Assembly: GCA_050253075.1 (NCBI GenBank)
Contig: JBFWJS010000001.1
Coordinates: 384,001 to 448,000 of the forward strand
DNA: 64,000 nt
Source of the DNA: Deferribacterales bacterium
GTDB taxonomy: Bacteria; Chrysiogenota; Deferribacteres; Deferribacterales; Geovibrionaceae
Direction: 5' to 3'
Position 1 is the first letter of the stretch. Every line of letters starts with the position of its first letter. This document shows, in pieces, positions 23,430 through 32,686 of the stretch. The position numbers and the translations under genes are program-made. Under the pieces are notes generated by a model. That model did not search any database, was not told the DNA's origin, and saw nothing but the letters and a program-made list of their open reading frames with translations.

Positions 23430-24602
23430 TACCAGTTTCTTTATATCACTCCCTGCGGGGTGCTGAAATACGGAAAGGTCAAATTCATTCACGGCCGCCA
23501 GCAGGTGGTCAAAGATGTCGGACTGGATCCCTTCATAGACTATCCAGTCGGTATCATTGGTGAAAACATATATCTCGATAGGCAGCCCCTCCGGGCCGGG
23601 CGGGAGCTGTCTCACAAGCAATGTGAGGTCCTTCCGTATCTTCGGGTGCGCCTTTAGATAGTTTATTATATATGCTCTGAAAGTACCGACATTTGTCAGC
23701 TTTCTTCGGTTCGGGTCTGTGCCGTCGGCATCCACGTCTTCATTCAGCTTCGAGTCGAGGTAGTCGCTGATAAGGTTTATATGTTTCAGCCTTTCGATAT
23801 CATCCTTATGTAAAAAGCGTATGGATGACTGGTCTATGTTGATAGATCTTTTGATGCGTCGTCCGCCTGCTTCCTTCATCCCGCGCCAGTTTTTGAAAGA
23901 GCCGTCCATCAGCTTGCTTGTGGGGATGTATACGATAGTTTTGTCAAAGTTCTGCACTGTCACGTTATAGAGGGCTATGTCTACGACATCTCCGTCCGCT
24001 CCGAACTGGGGCACTTCTATCCAGTCGCCCTTGTGGATAAGGTCGTTGAACATAAGCTGCATACCCGCTATGAAGGAGAGGATGGTGTCTTTGAATATCA
24101 GCATAAGGACAGCCGTCATGGCTCCCAGCCCGCTTATGAAGCCGAGCGGTGATTTGCCAATGGCTATGTATACTGATGCTATGATGCCGAGAAACCCCGC
24201 CAGCACCTGTGCCATCTGTATGTATCCTTTGATGGGTCGTGTGTCCGATATTTCAAAAGTATTGTATATCTTGTTGATAAGTGTAAAAAGTCGGATGATT
24301 ATCAGCGTGACGTTCACGCCGATGTATGCGGCGATGATCTGGCTGATCTCCGGGCGCATGTTTATTATCTCTTTGGCATAGATGAAAACAAGTGCGGGAG
24401 CAATGAGGGAAAGCTGCTTAAACACCTTTGAGTCGATGAGTATGTCGTCTATCTTGTTCTTTGTCCTTTCGAAAAGTGCCGTTATCACCCTTGTAAAGAT
24501 GGTCTTTACTATGAAATAGCTGAGAAAGGCGGCGAGTATAGTTATCGAATACTCGGATGTACTCATCAAAAACTGCTTTATGGTATCTATGCTGATTTCC
24601 AT
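23418..24602 (-). CDS. Small-conductance mechanosensitive channel (YbdG/MscM-like)
   Basis: FKDTILSFIAG, GDWIEVP...ADGDV, NFDKTI, FKNWRGM...GGRRIKRS, YEGIQSDIFDH. Confidence 0.92.
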   Translation of the reverse strand: MEISIDTIKQFLMSTSEYSITILAAFLSYFIVKTIFTRVITALFERTKNKIDDILIDSKVFKQLSLIAPALVFIYAKEIINMRPEISQIIAAYIGVNVTLIIIRLFTLINKIYNTFEISDTRPIKGYIQMAQVLAGFLGIIASVYIAIGKSPLGFISGLGAMTAVLMLIFKDTILSFIAGMQLMFNDLIHKGDWIEVPQFGADGDVVDIALYNVTVQNFDKTIVYIPTSKLMDGSFKNWRGMKEAGGRRIKRSINIDQSSIRFLHKDDIERLKHINLISDYLDSKLNEDVDADGTDPNRRKLTNVGTFRAYIINYLKAHPKIRKDLTLLVRQLPPGPEGLPIEIYVFTNDTDWIVYEGIQSDIFDHLLAAVNEFDLSVFQHPAGSDIKKLVSSS

Positions 24603-25783
24603 CAGATTATCACCTCGAAATTGCCCATGTTGAAAACTATATCCTTTTTCACATTCATGGTTTCTTTATCTCTGGGGTTGAACTGCGCCCAGTGTATGCG
24701 GGCTCTGTCCAGATGCAGGCCTTTCAGCTCTTCTGAAATGTCTGTCTCTGTTTTGACTATCACATCGTGGGTGTTGTTCAGCGAGCGTATTATCATCATT
24801 GTATCACCAAGCTGTGAGAACTTTGTGGATACATATAAAATATTTTGTCCGTTTTCACCTTTTTTAAAGCGCATATAGGTGTCGTCGATGTTCTCATCCT
24901 CTGTTTTCAGAAAGGTGAGCAGACCGCCCGCCAATAGCATATTCGTCACCTGCATACGGGTTATACCTTCTTTAGCTCCCGTGTCGGAGTTGACGTATGC
25001 CTGCGCCTTTTCATCCCCTGCCAGCGATTCACCGTTCATCAGCTTATTCTCCATGAAGAGTCCGCTGTTTTTCACTGCGCTTTTCAGTGCTTCGGGAGTC
25101 ATGTTCTGCACGTCCAGTTTCTGGAATTTACCGAATGCCTTCATCAGTTTTGCGAGGTCGAATCCGCCGACCTCCTGCTTTACAAAGTTTGTGTCCAGAT
25201 TCTGCACAGGCAGTTTATCCATGGTCAGCTCTATCATCTTAGAGTCTGCCTTTGTCACCTCTGCCGTCAGGTTTTTAAGAAGCTGTGCGTCCAGCTTCAC
25301 TTCGAACAGGTTATTTTTAATGGACAGGAGCGTGTTGCCGTTGTCCAGAGTTTTCAGTATTTGTATGTCGACCTTTTCCCCTGCCTGTGCGTTGATCGTC
25401 CCTGCGGGGAGCTGCAGCACTGTCTTAGGCTCTGCGCCTGTGCCCTGCGGTGCTGTGGTGGTACCTGCTATCAGCTGAAAGACAGAGCGTGCCTGCTGTG
25501 TTGTCGTGGTTGTGATCTGTGCGGGGTTTGCGCTTTGGTCTGCGTTGGGGATTATCTTCAGCATCAGCGTGCCGTTTTCGGATTTTACAACCTCAGCCCG
25601 TATCATCTTCCCTTCGGGTTCGGTCTGTAGCTGTGCTGTGAATGATTTACCTTTAAGGTTGATGAGATACATGCCGTTGTCGAGTTTGCGCAGTACGTTA
25701 AGGTTCAGGCGTTCGCCGTCTTTGAAGGTGATCTCACCTTTATCCGCTAGGTTCTGCAGGCCCTCAGGCCAGAAGATGTTCAT
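24602..25783 (-). CDS. Flagellar-cluster protein, FliK-like, with an internal duplication
   Basis: LKSAVKNSGLFMENKL motif; Thr/Ala/Pro-rich linker; two copies of GE..V/L...LDNG..L. Confidence 0.45.
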   Translation of the reverse strand: MNIFWPEGLQNLADKGEITFKDGERLNLNVLRKLDNGMYLINLKGKSFTAQLQTEPEGKMIRAEVVKSENGTLMLKIIPNADQSANPAQITTTTTQQARSVFQLIAGTTTAPQGTGAEPKTVLQLPAGTINAQAGEKVDIQILKTLDNGNTLLSIKNNLFEVKLDAQLLKNLTAEVTKADSKMIELTMDKLPVQNLDTNFVKQEVGGFDLAKLMKAFGKFQKLDVQNMTPEALKSAVKNSGLFMENKLMNGESLAGDEKAQAYVNSDTGAKEGITRMQVTNMLLAGGLLTFLKTEDENIDDTYMRFKKGENGQNILYVSTKFSQLGDTMMIIRSLNNTHDVIVKTETDISEELKGLHLDRARIHWAQFNPRDKETMNVKKDIVFNMGNFEVII

Positions 25784-25784
25784 A

Positions 25785-26306
25785 TCAGTCTGCGCTCATT
25801 CTCTTTACAAGCTGTACTTCCGTTATGGATACGTTCAGCTTTGTGGCTATGTCGTTATCCGAAAGCCCCATCAGCACCAGATCGGATATCTGCTCACGTA
25901 TGCTAACGCCCGATGGATTAGGCTGTGGCTGCATAGTGGGGGCGTATGTATCGTAGGAATCGTCTATATCGTCATATTCAGGTCTTGCTGCAGGTCTGGG
26001 TATCATCCTTTTCGGAGGTTCATCATCCTGAATGGTTTCCAGCCTTTTCAGCTTTTCATCCACCAGAGCTGCCAGATCCTCGAGCATCTCTTCCTTTTGT
26101 CTCACAGCGTCTTCTAGCTTATCTGCAACACGCTCGCTCTCTATTACGAGCTCACGCATCTCCTCCATGAATGGATAGAGGTCATTAGGGCTGACATCCG
26201 TCACTTTTTTATGGATGGAGTTTATCTTCGAGATGGTGATAAGCATAAATATGAAAAGCACGCATATAAGCAAAAATGCAATGCCTATGAGTGTCATAGG
26301 GTTCAT
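25785..26306 (-). CDS. Membrane-anchored coiled-coil protein with C-terminal HTH (DUF2802/DUF6115-like)
   Basis: N-terminal TM, coiled coil, GLSDNDIATKLNVSITEVQLV. Confidence 0.6.
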   Translation of the reverse strand: MNPMTLIGIAFLLICVLFIFMLITISKINSIHKKVTDVSPNDLYPFMEEMRELVIESERVADKLEDAVRQKEEMLEDLAALVDEKLKRLETIQDDEPPKRMIPRPAARPEYDDIDDSYDTYAPTMQPQPNPSGVSIREQISDLVLMGLSDNDIATKLNVSITEVQLVKRMSAD

Positions 26307-27085
26307 CAGGCTCTGTTCCTCTTGAGAGTTTCTCTATCTTTTTGGAAAATGTAGTGAATTACGGCTTCTCTGGTGCTCTCGTCCAGATGGCTGAAGTCTG
26401 CCTCACAGATACATTTTTCGCCGTAGGGTATCACATCGGTGACAGTGCATAAAGCGGAGAAGTTCAGCCCGGAGCCGTTTTTCGGCATGGACTGCACATA
26501 GACGGTGTCTCCAACGGAGACTCTGCATCCGTCATAGATGAAAGACAGCCCTCCGCCGCCCAGCCCGAGCGTGCGCATTTCAGAGAGTCCTTCGAGCTTT
26601 TCATCCTCTTTCAGGGTGTCTATCAGCTCGTCCAGCTTGGAGTCTATCTTCATCAGCATCTTCAGTATGTACTGATTGGTGAGGGTTTCGTCTGTGATAA
26701 CCTTCTTTATCTGGTTAGACAGTGTGCTGCGGAAGCGGTTGTTCAGCTTGTCCACACGATAGCGCAGCTCGCCCTTTTCATCCTCGTCTGCGGTCTTTAT
26801 CTCAAAGTATTCTTTGAACTCGATGAAGTGGCTGTCATTTTCGGTAGAGCCGAGGTCTTTGACCTTTTCCAGCTTTACCGTCTGGCCATCGGCGCTGAGG
26901 AGCTTCACTTCTGCATGGTGAGTGATGATGCTGTCGTACCATTTCAGTTTTAAACAAAGGGCAGCACCGAGTTTATCGATGTCTGCCCCGTTAAGTTCTA
27001 TCGTGAGCGGTGTATCACTGAGGATGTTCCCGTTCAGTATGGAGAAGTCGTCCTCGTGGTAAACCATCAGCTTGCAAATAGACAT
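26306..27085 (-). CDS. PilZ-domain protein with degenerate motifs
   Basis: LGGGGLSF strand and C-terminal F...REAVIHYIFQKDRE helix. Confidence 0.65.
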   Translation of the reverse strand: MSICKLMVYHEDDFSILNGNILSDTPLTIELNGADIDKLGAALCLKLKWYDSIITHHAEVKLLSADGQTVKLEKVKDLGSTENDSHFIEFKEYFEIKTADEDEKGELRYRVDKLNNRFRSTLSNQIKKVITDETLTNQYILKMLMKIDSKLDELIDTLKEDEKLEGLSEMRTLGLGGGGLSFIYDGCRVSVGDTVYVQSMPKNGSGLNFSALCTVTDVIPYGEKCICEADFSHLDESTREAVIHYIFQKDRETLKRNRA

Positions 27086-27393
27086 TTATGCTTCCAGATC
27101 AATATTATGCCCCGTGTCTCTGGCGAGACGCTTGGCTATTTCTTTTCTACGTTCCCGTTCTTCTTTCTGCTGCTGTTCCTGCTCTTGCTTCTTCCTTTCG
27201 TCGGCATTTACAGACTTTCCTTCAGATTCTTCGGATTCGTTCACGGATTTTGCACGTTTCTCAACCTCTTCCTTCATCTCCTGAGTGACGAAGACGTTTC
27301 GGGTCTCTCCGGCTCTGTCCTGAACATCCTGCACTTTCTCCACAGCGGATGAGTGCGTGAGTATCTGGCGAAATTCAGTAGGACTTACCCCAT
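27086..27393 (-). pseudogene. Small charged flagellar-cluster protein with an apparent 1-nt frameshift right after the start (or a shorter CDS from GTG 27343)
   Basis: RBS AAGGA + ATG at 27393 reads ATG GGG TAA; one more G gives MGVSPTEFRQILTHSSAVEKVQ... ending GHNIDLEA. Confidence 0.5.
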
Positions 27394-27403
27394 AAGCACA
27401 TCC

Positions 27404-28234
27404 TTACTTCCTGTAGATGATACCGCCTCCGAAGTTTTCCATTTTGAAGGCGTCAGAAATCTTGTTAAGTGTCTCTGAGTGACCGAGGTAAAGTGCACCC
27501 GGTACGCCGAGAGCCTTATGGAAGGTCTCTATTACCTTCTGTTTAGCAGGTATATCAAAGTATATGAGCACGTTTCGGCAGAATACAACATCCAGTCTGC
27601 CCACCTTAGCGTTTATCATAGGGCTGAGGAGGTTCCCCTGGAAGAATTTTACCTTGCTCATTATCATAGGGTCGATCTTAAAGGTGAAGCCGTCTTTGGT
27701 AAAGTATTTCTGCTGTATCGCAGGCGGCACACCACGGAACGATATAGTTCTGTAAAGCCCTTTCTGAGCTATGCCGAGCACCTCTGTGTTGATGTCTGTG
27801 GCGAGTATCTCAATATTGGCTTTAGCAAACAGACCGGCCTCGTTTAAGAGCATGGCGATGGAGTATGGCTCCTCGCCTGATGAACATGCAGCAGACCAGA
27901 TGCGTATGGAGCGCTTCCCCTTTGCGATAAGGTCGGGGATTACGTTCTTTATCATGTGGTCCATCTGCGCTCTTTCACGCAGGAAGTAGGTCTCGTTTAT
28001 CGTTACCTGATTAAGGAGAACTTCCATCTCCTCACGCTTTTTCGGATCATACTTCAGATAGTAGATATAATCCTTAAAGCTGGAGAAGTTGAGCTCCTGA
28101 AGCCTTTTGGAAAGCCTGTTCTCTATCAGGTACTTTTTGCTGTCGGCAAAGGCGATGGCGGCGTTCTTGTAGATGATATCTTTCAGCTCAACGAACTCGT
28201 CATCTTTAATTTTTATAGTGCCTGTACTTATCAT
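27404..28234 (-). CDS. cheR: Chemotaxis methyltransferase CheR
   Basis: TINETYFLRE, IWSAACSSGEEPYS, ATDI, FCRNVLIYF, LGHSE. Confidence 0.96.
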   Translation of the reverse strand: MISTGTIKIKDDEFVELKDIIYKNAAIAFADSKKYLIENRLSKRLQELNFSSFKDYIYYLKYDPKKREEMEVLLNQVTINETYFLRERAQMDHMIKNVIPDLIAKGKRSIRIWSAACSSGEEPYSIAMLLNEAGLFAKANIEILATDINTEVLGIAQKGLYRTISFRGVPPAIQQKYFTKDGFTFKIDPMIMSKVKFFQGNLLSPMINAKVGRLDVVFCRNVLIYFDIPAKQKVIETFHKALGVPGALYLGHSETLNKISDAFKMENFGGGIIYRK

Positions 28235-29649
28235 AGCTCATCCAAAACAGACTGTATCTTTTCTTTAACATACTTGTTGTCGTCGTTCGCCAGACCGCTT
28301 TTTAAGAGGTCAAGGTATCCCTTCGGCTTAAGCGCAGCAAGTATCTCGAGAGCCTTATATCTGACGATCCAGCTCCTGTCCTGAGCAAAGAGTGTGGTGG
28401 CTGCTTCTGCTGCCAGCTCTTTGTTGTCGTTGACCAGAGCAGAGAGAACTTCCTTACGGATGTCCTCGTTGTCGTCGTCGAGAATAGAGAGGTAAAATTC
28501 GCTGAAGTCACTGTCGATCTTACCCAGTGCTTCTACGATGGCGAGTTTTACATTTTCGTCTACCTGAGGGAAAGCGTCTTGCAGCTTTCCTGCCTCTGCA
28601 GCCGAGCATATCTCTCCACAGGCCTTCACGGCGAAATAACCAACCCAAGAGTCGTTATCTGTGACTCTGGCGAGTATTTCATTAAGTTTGTCCTTCGCCT
28701 TGATCTTTGCAAGTCCGCCCGCTGCTGCTTCTCTCACTTTTATGGAGTCACGCTCCATAGCCTTTATGAGGATGTCGGAGACACCTTCTTTGTTAAAGGA
28801 TGAGACGGCTCTCACGAGGACGGATGCGACATCGTCGCTCTGCTCTTCTTCCAGTCTGCCTGTGAGCAGCTCAAATGCCTTTTCGTCGTTGATGAGAGTA
28901 AGAGCCTGCACGGTGACCTTCCTTACGGAGGGGTCTTCGCTCATGAGCATCTGTCCGAGACGCTCTGCATCAGATTCGTCTGAAAGCAGGGCTATGGAAG
29001 CTGCTGCAGCTTCACGCAGGTCCTCAAGGTCACAGTCGAGGAACTTATATATTTTTTCTTTACTTTCGGTATCGCCAAACCATCCGAGGACAAGGATCGC
29101 TGCCTTGACCACCTGTGGTATGTCGCTGTCCAGTGCATCTTTAATCATATCCTCAGAGGCATAGTCGTGTGCCTTGCCCAGGGTGAGGATAGCGTAGTAT
29201 TTCAGAGTAGGCTCGTCGGATTCCATAAGCTCTAACATCTTCTGACGATATTCGTCGTTCATGTTCTCGGCCATAAAGTCTGAAACCCTGTCTGCATAGT
29301 CTGCCTCGAAGAACTTTTCGACAAGTTCATCGGGAAGGTATGTGCTGAAGTCCTCTTCTATTGTGAAATACATAGTGAGGTTAGACATTTCCAGTACCTG
29401 AAAAACATTTTCGCTCACGTTTGTAATAACAAAGTCCGCACCTATTTTGGAAGCGTTCTTCTTAAATGCGATAAGCCCTGCGAGGGCCTTGCTTTGTATA
29501 TAGTAGCAGTCTTTGAGGTCGAGGCTGACTTTCGTCACCCCTTTTTCTTCGAGAAGCTTTCTGGATGCTTCTTCGAGCACCTTGCCGTCTGCTTCCTGCT
29601 GCACAATAATCTTGAGAACATCACCGGATTTGGCGAATTCTACTGACAT
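28231..29649 (-). CDS. STAS domain fused to HEAT/PBS-lyase repeats
   Basis: N-terminal LDLKDCYYIQSKALAGL...VFQVLEMSNL; repeated VR..AA.AL helical units. Confidence 0.8.
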   Translation of the reverse strand: MSVEFAKSGDVLKIIVQQEADGKVLEEASRKLLEEKGVTKVSLDLKDCYYIQSKALAGLIAFKKNASKIGADFVITNVSENVFQVLEMSNLTMYFTIEEDFSTYLPDELVEKFFEADYADRVSDFMAENMNDEYRQKMLELMESDEPTLKYYAILTLGKAHDYASEDMIKDALDSDIPQVVKAAILVLGWFGDTESKEKIYKFLDCDLEDLREAAAASIALLSDESDAERLGQMLMSEDPSVRKVTVQALTLINDEKAFELLTGRLEEEQSDDVASVLVRAVSSFNKEGVSDILIKAMERDSIKVREAAAGGLAKIKAKDKLNEILARVTDNDSWVGYFAVKACGEICSAAEAGKLQDAFPQVDENVKLAIVEALGKIDSDFSEFYLSILDDDNEDIRKEVLSALVNDNKELAAEAATTLFAQDRSWIVRYKALEILAALKPKGYLDLLKSGLANDDNKYVKEKIQSVLDEL

Positions 29650-29652
29650 AAT

Positions 29653-29973
29653 TTACCCCAGTGCTTGTGCTTGTGTTTCGTATATTTTGAATACTTTATC
29701 CAGACCTGTGAATGTAAACATCTCTCTGATGTCAGAAGACATTTCGCAAAGCATAAGTGTTTTCTTAAGCTTGTTTGTGCTTTTGAGCAGGTCGATGATC
29801 TCTCTCAGACCGGAGCTGTTCATGTAAACCACCCCTTTGAAAGAGAGTATTGCCGTATTTGTGGAGTTGAAGAGATCGAGAATATTCTTCTTAAGCTCAC
29901 TACCTGTCTGAGCGTTGATCTCTCCTTTCACGAAAACCAGTTTCTTGTCCCCTTTGTCCTGTACTTCAAACAT
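29653..29973 (-). CDS. STAS anti-sigma factor antagonist
   Basis: VKGEIN, SFKGVVYMNSSGL, FTFTGLDKVFKIY; AGGAGG RBS before ATG 29973. Confidence 0.92.
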   Translation of the reverse strand: MFEVQDKGDKKLVFVKGEINAQTGSELKKNILDLFNSTNTAILSFKGVVYMNSSGLREIIDLLKSTNKLKKTLMLCEMSSDIREMFTFTGLDKVFKIYETQAQALG

Positions 29974-29986
29974 AATCAGATCCTCC

Positions 29987-31561
29987 TTAGAGTTTTTTGA
30001 ACGCAAGTATTGTTATATCGTCTTCAAAAGGATGCCCCTGCGTGAAATTACGGACATCTTCCATGATATTTTCTATCATCTCACTGACAGGCAGAGCAGA
30101 GAACATCATGATCTTTGAGATCAGTCTGTCGTATCCGTACTGGTCTCTTGATCTGTTCATAGCTTCGTTCAGTCCGTCGGTGTAGAGGAAGACGACATCG
30201 CCCGAGTCTATCTCGAGTTCGCCCTCTTCATATTCTACCATATCAAATGCTCCGAGGAACATTCCATGGCAGGAGATCTTTTTAACGAGCATTTCAGACT
30301 TGTCATAAAACAGGAGCGGGTTATGGCCGGCACTGGCATAGTTCAGCTGTCCTGTCTTAGAGTTGAAAACTGTATAAAACATTGTGACAAAGTCGTTTGT
30401 GTGGATGTTGTCACAAAGGATCTCATTAACCATTGCCACAGCCTCTGATGAGGAGATGACGTCGTATGTGTATGAGCGCATGATGGCTCTGGTTATCGCC
30501 ATGATGACGGATGCGGGTATACCGTGTCCGGAAACGTCGGCCACGCCGAGTCCCCAGTATCCGTTACTCATTTCGATACAGTCGTAATAGTCTCCGCCTG
30601 CGTGCTCTGCAGGTGTATAGAATGCGCCGAAATCGTATCCCTCTATCTGAGGCAGTACTTCGGGCAGGAGGCTTTCCTGTATCTGTCCAACCTGTGTGAG
30701 CTCTTCGTCGATGATCTTATGCGCTTCTTTCAGCTTTTCGTTCATGCGGAGAAGGTCTTCATTCAGGAGGCTCATCTGGCGCTGTTTCTCATGCAGTGTC
30801 GCCTGCTGATTCTTTATCTCATCTATCAGCTTCAGCTCTTTTGTGGTGTCACGCAGACTTTCGACTATGTATCTGTCGAAGTGGTTCATGGTGACGGTGA
30901 GCTTTTTGTTATGCGCCTCACGGAAGGCACGAGTATTCTTCGGGTCGAGCAGCGGGCAGTCTTTACACTGTTCTGTATATCCGTAGACCTCATAGCATTT
31001 CATCTCTGTGGTCTTTCTGCCCTCCAGCCCGCACATGTCGATGAGGCTGGTGTTTGATACATTTATAGACAGATCAGGGTTTACAACCATGACGCCGTCA
31101 TTCAGAGAGTTGATGGTACGCAGGATAAACCTGTGCTCCTTCTCTGTTTCTTTCCTTTTAAGGTTGAGAATTACGTTTGATGCTTTCAGCTCTTTTGAGT
31201 GTCTTGTGAGCTTGTCTATCAGCTTCTTTGTGCTGGTGATGTCGCTCATGATTTCAGCGTAAGCATTCTGCTCGAGCTGGACAAATTTAGAAGAGAATAA
31301 TTTGCGGAATCCTCTGTGTGTGATGGTGTCGTGTTCGATATCGACGGGGATCTTATTTTCTCGCAGTTTATGCAGCTGACAGTCCTTACATGGTTCCATT
31401 TTGTTGAAAAGTACCATATGACATTTTTTACCGGTCGCCTTTTCAGGTCCCTTACCGGTTAACTGCTTTACCTGAGGGCTGCAGTATTGTATCTGGTACT
31501 TGTCATTTACGACCAGAACTATCTCATTGATATAGTTAAGTATTTCGCTGCTATATTCCAT
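29987..31561 (-). CDS. PAS-PAS-coiled coil-SpoIIE/RsbU (PP2C) phosphatase
   Basis: IQESLLP, GGDYYD, ADVSGHG, SAGH, YTDGLNE, DDIT; Cys-containing PAS segments. Confidence 0.93.
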   Translation of the reverse strand: MEYSSEILNYINEIVLVVNDKYQIQYCSPQVKQLTGKGPEKATGKKCHMVLFNKMEPCKDCQLHKLRENKIPVDIEHDTITHRGFRKLFSSKFVQLEQNAYAEIMSDITSTKKLIDKLTRHSKELKASNVILNLKRKETEKEHRFILRTINSLNDGVMVVNPDLSINVSNTSLIDMCGLEGRKTTEMKCYEVYGYTEQCKDCPLLDPKNTRAFREAHNKKLTVTMNHFDRYIVESLRDTTKELKLIDEIKNQQATLHEKQRQMSLLNEDLLRMNEKLKEAHKIIDEELTQVGQIQESLLPEVLPQIEGYDFGAFYTPAEHAGGDYYDCIEMSNGYWGLGVADVSGHGIPASVIMAITRAIMRSYTYDVISSSEAVAMVNEILCDNIHTNDFVTMFYTVFNSKTGQLNYASAGHNPLLFYDKSEMLVKKISCHGMFLGAFDMVEYEEGELEIDSGDVVFLYTDGLNEAMNRSRDQYGYDRLISKIMMFSALPVSEMIENIMEDVRNFTQGHPFEDDITILAFKKL

Positions 31562-31635
31562 TTGCTGCTACATTCCGCCTAATTTGTGTAATGAATCCAA
31601 AAAAGTATTGTCGTTAAAGACATTACGTTACATTA

Positions 31636-31691
31636 AGTTTAATTCATTGCTTATGAAAATGCAAACGCTTTACAATCGTTAAATTTGTAAA
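31636..31691 (-). promoter_or_regulatory. sigma70-type promoter with an upstream inverted repeat
   Basis: Minus strand TTGCAT-N17-TAAACT (31664-31636); TTTACAA-N9-TTGTAAA at 31669-31691. Confidence 0.45.
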
Positions 31692-31702
31692 TTTAAATAT
31701 TA

Positions 31703-32686
31703 TTATTTAGATTTCAGCATTATCAGATAAAACACAGCCATAAAAGCGATTATCCCTACTGAGACATAAAGCAGATTATAGCTGAGGCGCTCTGTCTTTT
31801 TCATCTGCTCTTCGTAGAATTCCTCCAGCTTTTCGTCTATCCCTCTGAGGACGTCCAGCTCGTTTTCCACTGCATCGCGGGCTTTGTTCATCTGCTCTTC
31901 GGACTCCATCTCGATGAGAGAGCCGATGTAGATGACGAGGTTCTGCGCTATGTTGAATATAGTCTGTGAGATATACTCGAACCTCTCTGTGAATTTGAAA
32001 TAAAGCGTCTTTCTGACCTCAGGGAGCAGCTTTGTCTGCAGTCTTTTGAATTTATCTTTGGTCTCCTGGCTCAGGTTGTTTATGTCGTCCAGTCTGTCTA
32101 CCTCGTTGAAGGTCTCTCTGACAAGGTGCAGATAGTTTTCTGCAAGGTCGGAGAGCGTACTGGTATTTATAAACACGCGCTTACCTTTGGGCGGGTTGTT
32201 TTTCAGATAGTTCCTTATTACCACACGTCCCGACGGCACTTTAACGTTCTTACGTTTTTTCACCGTTCTGGACATCTTCTTCACTTCGAGAGCCTCTATG
32301 GTCTCTATGATGTCCTTTGGCGTGAAGATATAATGGTCTTTTCCGTCCAGAACCTCTTTGGTGTCCTTATTCAGGTCTGTATTGGTAAAGAAGAACAGCT
32401 TTGTCATCCCTTCGTCGTTCATGGTACGCAGGATGTCCGTTGCGATGTAATGGTCTATCTCTGCTCCGCCTTTTACCAGCTCCATCCAGACAAGTGCGCT
32501 GACGTTCTCATTCTTTGATGAGCGCCATATCTCAGCACGTCGGCGGTTCTCGTCCTCTTTCAGATTTCGGTGTGTGGCATAGGAGAAGTCGTGCATGACA
32601 TCGGTGACATACTCGTAAAACTTCTTAAGGGGTATATTGAAAAAATCCTGATAAGAGATTTTTATTATATTATCTTGTTCGCTCAT
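31703..32686 (-). CDS. Hypothetical protein: degenerate Mrr-like restriction endonuclease fold, helical region, C-terminal TM
   Basis: KKFYEYVTDVM..FSY and MNDEGMTKLFFFTNTDL...IFTPKDI follow the Mrr_cat pattern; hydrophobic C-terminus. Confidence 0.55.
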   Translation of the reverse strand: MSEQDNIIKISYQDFFNIPLKKFYEYVTDVMHDFSYATHRNLKEDENRRRAEIWRSSKNENVSALVWMELVKGGAEIDHYIATDILRTMNDEGMTKLFFFTNTDLNKDTKEVLDGKDHYIFTPKDIIETIEALEVKKMSRTVKKRKNVKVPSGRVVIRNYLKNNPPKGKRVFINTSTLSDLAENYLHLVRETFNEVDRLDDINNLSQETKDKFKRLQTKLLPEVRKTLYFKFTERFEYISQTIFNIAQNLVIYIGSLIEMESEEQMNKARDAVENELDVLRGIDEKLEEFYEEQMKKTERLSYNLLYVSVGIIAFMAVFYLIMLKSK

